DNA of 37,298 nt from Candidatus Aenigmatarchaeota archaeon (GCA_026397375.1 JAPLUZ010000049.1:1-37298), one strand, 5' to 3'; shown: positions 16,281 to 24,456, counted from the first letter of the stretch. Notes: generated from the letters alone by a model not told the origin. A program made the numbers and translations.

Positions 16281-16362
16281 AGTTAAATGTAGCCTCAATG
16301 ATATATAAAGATTACTGTAGTATCATGATTTAGAGTTAAATGTAGCCTCAATGATATATAAA
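16281..16362. repeat. Two perfect 29-nt direct repeats (16281-16309 and 16334-16362) with a 24-nt spacer; duplicated promoter/operator
   Basis: AGTTAAATGTAGCCTCAATGATATATAAA occurs twice. On the minus strand each copy begins with TTTATATA. Copy 1 abuts the ATG at 16280. Confidence 0.85.
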
Positions 16363-16717
16363 CTTAAATAATTTAGTATATATTGTATAATCTATATCGT
16401 ACAGGTGCTTTACTTCTAATGCTTAACAAATAACATGCTTTTTGTGCAAAGCCGGAGAACACTAGTTTGAATGGAAAAAACAGCTAAAAATGCCTTTATA
16501 GCCGCTATAAACGGGTTTTATTGCATTTTACCTGTTTCCACAGGCAGCATAGGTATTTAAAGCATACATAAAAAAGATAGAAACCCTTAAATACTTTACG
16601 CAATATAATAAATGGTTTAGTCACCGCGATGTTAAGTTACTTCGCAAAAGTGACACATGGGGTTTGTGGTGGTTCTCTTTTCAAAAAGGTCAAGGTACTG
16701 TGAAAGAGGTGTAGAAA

Positions 16718-17638
16718 ATGGATAAGTGTCCTGAATGCGGTTCAAATCATTTCTATAACGATCCGGAAAAGGCCGAGAAGGTATGTGCCAAGTGCGGCAT
16801 GGTTATAGAAGAGAGTATGGTTGACACAGGACAGGAATGGCGCGCTTTTGACCACGACCAGAAAGTCAAGCGGGCTAGAACAGGTGCACCTCTTACGCAC
16901 AAGAGACATGACAAGGGTTTGACAACAGAAATAGGCAAAGGTACCACAGAACTGTTCAAGGTGCCTGCTAAAAAGCGTTCCCAGTTCTTCCGCATACGTA
17001 AGTGGCAAAAACGTTTGCTTACAAGCAAGGACAGGAACATGAGCTTCGCTCTTTCTGAATTACAGAGATTGATCTCCTACTTAGGTTTACCTAAAACACT
17101 GCACGAGGAAGTAGCAAAGCTTTACGAAAGGGCTTTGCAAAAGAGCCTTGTTAGAGGAAGATCAATAGAATCAATTATAGCTGCGCTGGTTTACGCACTC
17201 TCAAGAGAGTATGAAACACCTAGAACACTGACAGAGATATCACAGGCATCAGGTATAGGCAAAAGAGAACTGGGCAGAACATACAGATATATATCAAGGA
17301 AACTGGATATCAGAATTCTACCGGCCCGCGCCGAAAGTTACATACCAAGATTCTCATCTATGATGAAACTATCTGACAGGACGCAAATGAGGGCAATAAA
17401 GATACTTAGGACTGCTAAAGAAAAGGACGTAATATCAGGAAAAGGCCCTACAGGCTGCGCAGCTGCTGCTATCTACATTGCTTCTGTTTTGGAGGGCGAA
17501 AGAAGGACGCAGCGCGAGGTAGCGGACGTGGTCGGCGTAACAGAAGTCACGATACGCAACAGATACAAAGAGATGGCCGAGGCGCTTGACATAGAAGAGG
17601 AAGTCGAGAAGAAAGCCAAGGAAGAAGAGACTTCTTAA
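16718..17638 (+). CDS. tfb: Transcription initiation factor IIB (TFB)
   Basis: N-terminal Zn ribbon CPECGS...CAKCG, two cyclin-like repeats, and the conserved QREVADVVGVTEVTIRNRYKE. Confidence 0.92.
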   Translation: MDKCPECGSNHFYNDPEKAEKVCAKCGMVIEESMVDTGQEWRAFDHDQKVKRARTGAPLTHKRHDKGLTTEIGKGTTELFKVPAKKRSQFFRIRKWQKRLLTSKDRNMSFALSELQRLISYLGLPKTLHEEVAKLYERALQKSLVRGRSIESIIAALVYALSREYETPRTLTEISQASGIGKRELGRTYRYISRKLDIRILPARAESYIPRFSSMMKLSDRTQMRAIKILRTAKEKDVISGKGPTGCAAAAIYIASVLEGERRTQREVADVVGVTEVTIRNRYKEMAEALDIEEEVEKKAKEEETS

Positions 17639-17710
17639 ATTTTTCTTATTTCTTATGGTGTAGGGAAGGCGGACAATTGAAAGAAATCAAGAGTCTGGAA
17701 GTGAGATGGA

Positions 17711-18163
17711 ATGTCAAATAATTTCTATTCGTACCCAATAAAACTGACACCTAGCATTAGGATGACCTATACGGATTCTCGCGTACATGTCGGCAGACTG
17801 AAAAATGCCGTCGATTTTATAACTAGAAAAAACACGCCGATAATGGCCGCTCTCGATGGAACCGTTGTCGACGTGAAGCAGGACTCGGATACAGGAGGAG
17901 ATACGGAATACTACGACAAATTCGGGAATTATATTGAAATACGGCATCCGAACGGAGAATATTCTATTTACGAACATATAAAAAAAGACGGATCACTAGT
18001 AAAGAAACGGGACAAGGTAAAAACAGGGCAAATAATCGGGTATTCGGGAGCAACGGGCTGGCTTGCCGGGCTAGGACCCCATCTCCACTTTGATGTGCAC
18101 AAATATTTTGGCGAAGGCCCTGAAGATTACGAGACCGTTGAAATAAGTTGGCAGCGTGACTAG
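17711..18163 (+). CDS. M23/LytM-family peptidase domain protein (no signal peptide)
   Basis: GQIIGYSGATG...GPHLHFDVH and IRHPNGEYSIYEHI align with the lysostaphin-type M23 core. The HxxxD motif reads KNAVD. Confidence 0.65.
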   Translation: MSNNFYSYPIKLTPSIRMTYTDSRVHVGRLKNAVDFITRKNTPIMAALDGTVVDVKQDSDTGGDTEYYDKFGNYIEIRHPNGEYSIYEHIKKDGSLVKKRDKVKTGQIIGYSGATGWLAGLGPHLHFDVHKYFGEGPEDYETVEISWQRD

Positions 18164-18186
18164 TTCTATCTCATAAATCTTTAAAT

Positions 18187-18208
18187 AATAGTTATACAAT
18201 AGTTATAC
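18187..18208. repeat. Tandem 2 x 11-nt direct repeat (AATAGTTATAC) upstream of mazE
   Basis: Copies at 18187-18197 and 18198-18208 are identical and end 12 nt before the ATG at 18221. Confidence 0.8.
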
Positions 18209-18220
18209 TTAGTGATTTTT

Positions 18221-18454
18221 ATGGAGACAGAGGCAAAGACGAAGAAGTGGGGAAATTCCATCGGAATTATAATACCAAAGGAAATTATTGACAGCAAAAA
18301 CATAGCTGTTGGTGACGAACTGATTCTTTACATAGAGAAGAAAAAGGACAAAGAAAAAGCGAAACTAATGAAAGAAGGCTATGAGGAAATGAATAAAACA
18401 CTTATGGAAACGCATAAAGAATGGGAAAAGGCTGATGCCGAATGGCCACAGTAA
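18221..18454 (+). CDS. mazE: AbrB/MazE/SpoVT-family antitoxin
   Basis: KKWGNSIGIIIPKEIIDSKNIAVGDEL is a swapped-hairpin AbrB-type motif, and the C-terminus is acidic. It overlaps the mazF start by 13 nt. Confidence 0.7.
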   Translation: METEAKTKKWGNSIGIIIPKEIIDSKNIAVGDELILYIEKKKDKEKAKLMKEGYEEMNKTLMETHKEWEKADAEWPQ

Positions 18455-18792
18455 TAAGACGCGGAGACATTGTACTGGTTAATCTTGAACCTGTATTAGG
18501 TTCTGAGCAGGGAAATACACGGCCTGCATTGGTGATACAAAATAACATAGGAAATGAACGTAGTAAACTCACAATAATAGCTCCAATAACAAGCAGAATA
18601 TATTCTAAGCAATTCCCTACAAATGTTGAGATAGACGAGACAAATTCTCCACTAAAGAAAAAATCAACAATACTTTTCAACCAGATCAGGACAATTGATA
18701 AGATAAGAATAATAAAAAATTACGGAAAGACCTCTTCAAATAAGATGAAAGAATCGGACGAAGCTTTGATGAACAGCCTGGGACTAAAGTAA
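18442..18792 (+). CDS. mazF: MazF/PemK-family endoribonuclease toxin
   Basis: RRGDIVLVNLEPVLGSEQGNTRPALVIQNN...IIAPITS is the canonical PemK/MazF pattern. Confidence 0.8.
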   Translation: MATVIRRGDIVLVNLEPVLGSEQGNTRPALVIQNNIGNERSKLTIIAPITSRIYSKQFPTNVEIDETNSPLKKKSTILFNQIRTIDKIRIIKNYGKTSSNKMKESDEALMNSLGLK

Positions 18793-18796
18793 TTCC

Positions 18797-19783
18797 TTAT
18801 TTCTTCAGTTCTTTCTTAGCAAAAGGCAGCTCTCCTAACTTTCTCGCATATGATAAGGCGCCGAAGCCGATGAACAGGACGAGCCAGAATGACAAAAAGC
18901 GGTCAACAAGAACAGCTGAAATGGCAATGGCTGGGGCTATGCCGAGCAGGATAAAGGCAGAAGTGGCGCCGAATTCCAATATGGCTAATGAGCCTGGCAA
19001 AATGGGCACAAACAAGAGCACGACCATGATTGCCCAGCCTACAACAGCAACGTTCATAGGCAAAGATATGCCTATAGCTGCAAAAACCAGCCATAGCCTG
19101 AGCATTTCCAGCACTTTTACAGAAGAAGATATGCAGAATACGCCTGCCAGTTTCCTTCTGTTATTTATGATGGATGCAAAGGCTTCCTGAAAAAGGGCAG
19201 GATAATCCACTTTATTGTTCTGGCTTTTTTCCACTTTTTTTACAATCCAACCTATTATTTTGTTCAGCCAGCGCGGCGTGAATAAAATCTTTAGCATCGT
19301 GCCCAGTATCAAGCCTATGGCAATCAGGAAGAGGACAAAAAACATGAAAAAGTTGCTGGGTATTGTTCCGATGAATAATACGACGACAACAAAAATAACG
19401 AATATAGATGCAATTATTTCCATCAGACCGTCTATGGCAACAACGGCCGACGACTTGCTGCTTCCTATGTTGGTGCGGAGCATGTACATCTTCAGAGGCT
19501 CGCCGCCTATCATGGCAAAAGGCGTCATAAGGCTGACAGCTGCGCCTGAGAGGGCGGTTCTCAGAACCTTTCTGTAGGAGATATAACCTTTATCATGGGA
19601 CAAAACCCTCAGACGCGCGGACTGCAGGCCTAAAATACCGAGCTGAATCAAGGCAGCAATTAAAACTAAGAAGATATTTGCACGGGACAACGCGCCGATA
19701 ACCTGGAAAAAGCCGAACGTATTGATTACGAGCAATACAAGCACAATTGCGAAGGCGAATATTAGTATCCTTTTCCAGGCCAT
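18797..19783 (-). CDS. Multi-pass membrane protein, UPF0104 / lysyl-PG synthase TM-region (flippase-like) family
   Basis: About 8 hydrophobic helices, and the N-terminal WKRILIFAFAIVLVLLV...ALIQLGILGLQSARLRVL pattern recalls that family. Confidence 0.5.
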   Translation of the reverse strand: MAWKRILIFAFAIVLVLLVINTFGFFQVIGALSRANIFLVLIAALIQLGILGLQSARLRVLSHDKGYISYRKVLRTALSGAAVSLMTPFAMIGGEPLKMYMLRTNIGSSKSSAVVAIDGLMEIIASIFVIFVVVVLFIGTIPSNFFMFFVLFLIAIGLILGTMLKILFTPRWLNKIIGWIVKKVEKSQNNKVDYPALFQEAFASIINNRRKLAGVFCISSSVKVLEMLRLWLVFAAIGISLPMNVAVVGWAIMVVLLFVPILPGSLAILEFGATSAFILLGIAPAIAISAVLVDRFLSFWLVLFIGFGALSYARKLGELPFAKKELKK

Positions 19784-19834
19784 AGGTAATCTAATTTACA
19801 CTGAGGATTTAAGGGTTTTACACAAATAAAATAT

Positions 19835-20041
19835 ATGTTGTCTCTGCTTTCTTTTGAGAGAATAGCAAAAAAGGTCGGAGTAAAGAGAATATCCAAGGAG
19901 GCTCTTGAGGAAATAAGGGACACGATTTCTGAAGAAGGACTCGAGATAGCTGAGCGCGCTTTCAAGATAAGCCGCCATGCCAACAGAAAAACCGTAATGA
20001 TAGAAGACGTAAAATTCATAATGCGGCACGAAAAAAAGTAG
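19835..20041 (+). CDS. Archaeal histone (histone fold)
   Basis: 68 aa. ERIAKKVGVKRISKEALEEIRDTISEEGLEIAERAFKISRHANRKTVMIEDVKF aligns with HMf-type histones. Confidence 0.8.
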   Translation: MLSLLSFERIAKKVGVKRISKEALEEIRDTISEEGLEIAERAFKISRHANRKTVMIEDVKFIMRHEKK

Positions 20042-20106
20042 GTTAGTAGGGTAAAAAAACGTGAATTCTTTCGCTTTCTAACAGAATAGCAATCGAATCT
20101 TTTACT

Positions 20107-20517
20107 TTAATCTGTCCCGCTTCTCTTGCTCTTTATCATAACATACTTGCCGTACTGCCAGGTCAGGACTTCGTCGCCTTCGACCAGCTGGCCTTTCAGT
20201 TCTTCTGGAATGTCGACGTCTGACATCTCGTAAGTCGTGAGGTCCATAATCTGGGCATGGTTTTCAGTCAGGGAAATGATCTGGGATGTTTTTTTTTCAA
20301 TTATTGGTATATCGACAGAGGAATCGCCGGGCTTGACTATGATCTTTTTCTGGTTGTCAAAAATGCCCCTGGCAAACAGACGGGCTTTTGAAGCGCCGTG
20401 CTTGCCTGATTTGCTTTTCTGCACTTTCTCAACAACGCAGGGCACATCATCAATGAGAACAAATCCACCGGATTTCAGTTTTTTTATTTCAGTCTGCTTC
20501 TTTTCGGACATGCTCAT
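20107..20517 (-). CDS. eif5a: Translation initiation factor 5A (aIF5A)
   Basis: Hypusine-loop motif SKSGKHGASKARL, N-terminal SH3-like and C-terminal OB-like layout, 136 aa. Confidence 0.9.
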   Translation of the reverse strand: MSMSEKKQTEIKKLKSGGFVLIDDVPCVVEKVQKSKSGKHGASKARLFARGIFDNQKKIIVKPGDSSVDIPIIEKKTSQIISLTENHAQIMDLTTYEMSDVDIPEELKGQLVEGDEVLTWQYGKYVMIKSKRSGTD

Positions 20518-20550
20518 AATTTTTCTTCTGAATATATAAAGGTAAAGTAG

Positions 20551-21162
20551 GTGAAAAACGATAGATTTTTCTATTCTAATTCTTACGAAAAACCTACCGT
20601 CAATTTAATTATACTTACTGCGATAAGTTCTATCATGCTAAAGATACCGAAGATAAAGGCAAAAAAAGGGCAGGAAAAACAGATCAAGGCATTGAACTTT
20701 CTCATAAGACTGCTGGTATGGGCAATACCGCTCTATATTATTCTCATCTTTGACCTTTCTCTCCCACAATTGCAATATGCCGTGGCAAACATAGTAACGT
20801 ACCTGCTTAATCTCGCTGGTATGCATCCTGTGCTGAATGACCTGTTCATAAGCATACCAATAAAAGACGGGTCGTGGGGAGCTTTTATAAACTGGGACTG
20901 CACAGCGTGGAAGAGCATGCTTGCTTTTCTTGCGCTGGTAATGGCTGTGGACAAGGGCAAAAAGGTCAAGGGACTTATCCTGTTTATACCGCTAATCTTC
21001 ATAGTCAATATTCTGAGAATATTCTTCATGTTCTACTTCGTAAAGACGTATGACTTGGCATACTTTGAGATTGTGCACACGCTGATATGGAGCTGGGGCC
21101 TTATTTTCACGGTCCTGATATTCTGGATAATCTGGCTGAAGTCTAAACATTTCACCAGTTAA
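20551..21162 (+). CDS. Exosortase/archaeosortase-family membrane protein (small form)
   Basis: Polytopic membrane protein with Cys, Arg and His in the family order: INWDCTAWKS, VNILRIFF, EIVHTLIW. The start is uncertain (GTG at 20551 or ATG at 20635). Confidence 0.55.
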   Translation: MKNDRFFYSNSYEKPTVNLIILTAISSIMLKIPKIKAKKGQEKQIKALNFLIRLLVWAIPLYIILIFDLSLPQLQYAVANIVTYLLNLAGMHPVLNDLFISIPIKDGSWGAFINWDCTAWKSMLAFLALVMAVDKGKKVKGLILFIPLIFIVNILRIFFMFYFVKTYDLAYFEIVHTLIWSWGLIFTVLIFWIIWLKSKHFTS

Positions 21163-21590
21163 ACTGTGATATTATGTGAAATGTTGGACGTAAAAAACGC
21201 CGCATTTATGCGATGGTTTTTCACGAAGTTCAGAAAGTAGGGAAAAGCGAATAGCGCCAGGTTCTTATTTCGAAATCAGGCGCTTGATTCCTTGCCTTAC
21301 TATCGGTTTCTTACACTACAAGGCTTTGGTTTCCCTGTTTCAGCAAGATTCTTAGAATGTCCTAGGAAATTGGTTATTTTCGATTTCCAGGGGCGGTATA
21401 GCAGAAAACAACCGAAAATTTGATAAGTTTCTATGCGTTTTTGTGTATTCCATTAAAATTGAAGAATTATGGGAAAAGGAGTCTGGTCAGGGTTTAGCAG
21501 AATGGGGGTTATTGTGCAAAGCCAAAGGTATGACAACAAATATATAGTGGGCCAATGAAATAGAATAAAGGTAACTAGCCTGTGGTAGCG

Positions 21591-22073
21591 ATGGCTGACA
21601 AGACAAAAGAATTAGAGCAAAGAATAGACAGGATTGAGAGCAAGCTCAAATCCACCTTCCTAGAGATAGAAAGGCGTTTTGCGCAAAAATCAGAAGGCGC
21701 GCCGCTGAATGTTGACGAGCGCCTGCAGGAGTTTGAGGACCTTATTCTTCTTATGCAACTGGAAATAACGAAGCTGAGGGAAAAGAGCGCCGTGGATCCG
21801 GACTTCGGCGTGAAGATGAGCCCGGACGTGGAGGAGAGACTGCGCAAATTAGAGGAAGCCGTGGCCAAAGATAGCCATATAGTTGTTTCGCGCCCGGTAC
21901 AGAATGTACATGAAGAGAAAAACATAGACGTGGAAAGAAAGATAAAAAATACGATGCCCCAGGATCTGGACGAGATAGAAAGACGGCTGAAAAAGATAGA
22001 ACAGGGAAGAACAGAAACAACGATATCCAGCAAGAGCGTGCTGGAGGATGTTAAAAAAATACTGAATGCTTAG
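21591..22073 (+). CDS. Coiled-coil protein (160 aa)
   Basis: Heptad-rich E/K/R/L sequence (QRIDRIESKLKS, EERLRKLEE, IERRLKKIEQ). ATG at 21591; the track start is the GTG at 21582. Confidence 0.5.
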   Translation: MADKTKELEQRIDRIESKLKSTFLEIERRFAQKSEGAPLNVDERLQEFEDLILLMQLEITKLREKSAVDPDFGVKMSPDVEERLRKLEEAVAKDSHIVVSRPVQNVHEEKNIDVERKIKNTMPQDLDEIERRLKKIEQGRTETTISSKSVLEDVKKILNA

Positions 22074-22081
22074 GTGTTTTC

Positions 22082-23581
22082 ATGCACGATACAGATAAAA
22101 TAGAGGAAATGGAAAAGTCGATAACGACGATAGCCGAATACGTCAAGTCCCAGATAGGCGAAATGAAGCGCAGCTTCGTGGGGAGAGATGAAGTTGAATC
22201 GCTAAAAGAAAAAGTGCATGGCAACGACTCAGAAGGTTTAATGAACAGGATACAGGACCTGGAAGATGAGATAAGAGATCTGAAAAGGATGAAGCCTGTC
22301 GAACAGGACGTAAATGAGCTGAAGAAGGAGATGCAAAGGGATATTTCTGACCTGAAATTTGAATACGACAAAAAAATGATGAGACACGACAAGGATCTTG
22401 AAGAACTAAACAATACCAGCAAAATCCTCGAGCCGGTAAACCGGCAGATCCGGGATCTGGAACAGGGGATAAAGGACCTGCGCGGCAGGCCAATGCCTTC
22501 GTTTTCTGAGATGAAGGATCTGCAGAAAAGGACAGAAAGCCTGGAAGGCATAATCAGGACTAATGACGTGCCCCATGAAAATGAAAAGTTGAATCAAATA
22601 GAAAATGAGCTGAGACTCATAAAGAAAATGGGCGACACCAAGCCGATAATACTTGCTTCTTTCAAGCAGGAAATGGAAAAGGAACTTATAAGATTAAGGC
22701 AGGACTTTGACGCAAGACTAAAGACGTATGAAGACAGAACGACTGGCGACATTACTTCTGACGACAAAAGACTGGAACAGGACATAGAAGACCTTCGTAA
22801 GAGAATACAGAATATTCAGAATAATGACGGCGTTGAAAAGCAACTGAGGGAACTGCGCATAAAGGTGCGCGGTCTGGAACAGATGCCCCACATTGTGCAT
22901 GATGGCGAAGACCTGAAAAGGTCTCTGGATGAGGAGCAGATAAACCGGATGTCGCTGGAAAAGCATGTGCAGGATTTAAGGAAAGAAATGGACGACATAA
23001 AAAGCACGCCAAGCACGGTTAATAATCCTAAAATAAGGCAGGAATTAGACGCACTAAAGAAAACGGTAAATGAGATGCGCTTTGCAGCTGGCAAGAAAAG
23101 CAGCGGCGCAAATGAAGAAGTTATAGACGACATTAATGATTTGAAGCACGCGATGGACGAGGAAATAGCAAACAGGATGTCCATAGACAAGCATTTACAG
23201 GATTTGCAGCAGCAGGTAAGGGAAGCGAAAAAGCCGACAGAGACAAACATAGATTATTCTAAAATTATTAAGCAGATGCAAGAAGACAAGCCGTTTTCTG
23301 ATGAGGTTGACAAAAAATCACGCCTGGAGACCATGAAACTCATAACAAAACAATTGGAGGAATATACAAGGATGCTGGAGAAAAGAATGCCAAACTTGGC
23401 TACGAGAGACGACCTGGTAAAAATGGAAAGAAAGATTGACCAAAGGCTCAGGCTGCCGATAAGGATGGAAGAGGAAACAATAGGCAGGCGCATGGATGAC
23501 CTCGAAGTGAGTATGAACACGCTTATTTCAGTCCTCAGGTCGCTGCAGAACTCAAACAAAAATCCGTTTGTGATAGAGTAA
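22082..23581 (+). CDS. Long coiled-coil protein (499 aa) with an internal duplication
   Basis: AGGTG overlaps the upstream TAG stop, and the ATG is at 22082. Recurrent xDLExxIxDL[KR] motifs. Residues 277-307 and 353-383 are 16/31 identical. Confidence 0.6.
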   Translation: MHDTDKIEEMEKSITTIAEYVKSQIGEMKRSFVGRDEVESLKEKVHGNDSEGLMNRIQDLEDEIRDLKRMKPVEQDVNELKKEMQRDISDLKFEYDKKMMRHDKDLEELNNTSKILEPVNRQIRDLEQGIKDLRGRPMPSFSEMKDLQKRTESLEGIIRTNDVPHENEKLNQIENELRLIKKMGDTKPIILASFKQEMEKELIRLRQDFDARLKTYEDRTTGDITSDDKRLEQDIEDLRKRIQNIQNNDGVEKQLRELRIKVRGLEQMPHIVHDGEDLKRSLDEEQINRMSLEKHVQDLRKEMDDIKSTPSTVNNPKIRQELDALKKTVNEMRFAAGKKSSGANEEVIDDINDLKHAMDEEIANRMSIDKHLQDLQQQVREAKKPTETNIDYSKIIKQMQEDKPFSDEVDKKSRLETMKLITKQLEEYTRMLEKRMPNLATRDDLVKMERKIDQRLRLPIRMEEETIGRRMDDLEVSMNTLISVLRSLQNSNKNPFVIE

Positions 23582-23673
23582 TTGCCAAGGCGTATTTCTT
23601 AGGGCGTATATAATTCCGATGAAACCACGCGTTCTGCATTACTTATTTTATACACATCCGACAAATATTCAGC

Positions 23674-24456
23674 ATGATCGAGTTCATAATAATAGCTCTG
23701 ATTGGCAGCATAGCAGCAGGAATATGGGACCTGAAGACGACAGAGGTGCCTGATGAAATTCCAGCGCTGATGATTGTACTGGGTTTATTTCTATGGCTTG
23801 TCGAAGGAGATTTCTCTTCGCTTATTTTCTCGCTGATAACAGGAACGATTCTCCTCGCCGTCGGCATGCTTATGTACAAAACAAAGCAGTGGGGCGGGGC
23901 GGACGCGTGGATGCTTGCGGCTATTGGCTACTTGATCCCATTTTTTAACGGACACATGTTCATGGCTGATTTTCTTCCGAATTTTCTTGTCGTGGCTGTC
24001 ACGTACATGGTTATTTATTCTATAATTTTAGGCTTCAGAAATAAGGGCATTTTTGTGCATTTTGTCACTAACATAAAAATCAGGTGGAAAATAGTTTTCC
24101 TGGTGCCTGCTGCTTTCGGACTATTCTTTTTCCTGCTTTCCGCTTCGTTGGGCACGTCATTAATTCCTGCCAGCTTTATAACCTTGTTCGTATTCCTGCT
24201 CATGGTTTTCTGGGCTTACGCCAAAACAATAGAAAAATACGTTTTCAAGAAAAAAATACCTACAAGCAAACTGAGGATAGGCGACGTCTTGGAGGAAATG
24301 GAGTGGAGGGGAATAACAAAAGAGGAATTGATAGAAGTAAGAAAAAAACACAAATTCGTGACGATAAAAGAAGGCGTCAGGTTTGTACCTGTTTTCCCGA
24401 TAGCCCTTGCCATTACGCTGCTTTTTGGGAATCTGCTGCTGGCACTACTATTTTAA
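23674..24456 (+). CDS. A24-family class III signal (prepilin/preflagellin) peptidase with C-terminal extension
   Basis: Polytopic membrane protein with a first Asp region (GIWDLKTTEVPDE) and a second catalytic motif (WGGADAWMLAAIG). Confidence 0.7.
   Translation: MIEFIIIALIGSIAAGIWDLKTTEVPDEIPALMIVLGLFLWLVEGDFSSLIFSLITGTILLAVGMLMYKTKQWGGADAWMLAAIGYLIPFFNGHMFMADFLPNFLVVAVTYMVIYSIILGFRNKGIFVHFVTNIKIRWKIVFLVPAAFGLFFFLLSASLGTSLIPASFITLFVFLLMVFWAYAKTIEKYVFKKKIPTSKLRIGDVLEEMEWRGITKEELIEVRKKHKFVTIKEGVRFVPVFPIALAITLLFGNLLLALLF

Noticed and set aside
16281-16362. Possible CRISPR array (29-nt direct repeats with a 24-nt spacer)
   Set aside because: There are only two copies. Each repeat contains a TATA box positioned correctly for the adjacent gene, and no cas genes or further repeats are present. 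It is interpreted as a duplicated promoter/operator.
16442-16453. 12-mer TTGTGCAAAGCC shared by the two long intergenic regions (also at 21512-21523)
   Set aside because: Tens of 12-mer coincidences are expected by chance among all position pairs in a 37-kb window, and the flanks show no extended similarity.
21575-23559. Several long minus-strand ORFs rich in Ser/Phe/Leu/Cys (for example 21575-22033, 22051-22551, 22816-23250, 23254-23559) opposite the coiled-coil genes
   Set aside because: They are antisense shadows of GAA/AAG/GAG-rich coding sequence. Their low-complexity Ser/Phe composition and lack of start-site signals contrast with the coherent heptad pattern on the plus strand.
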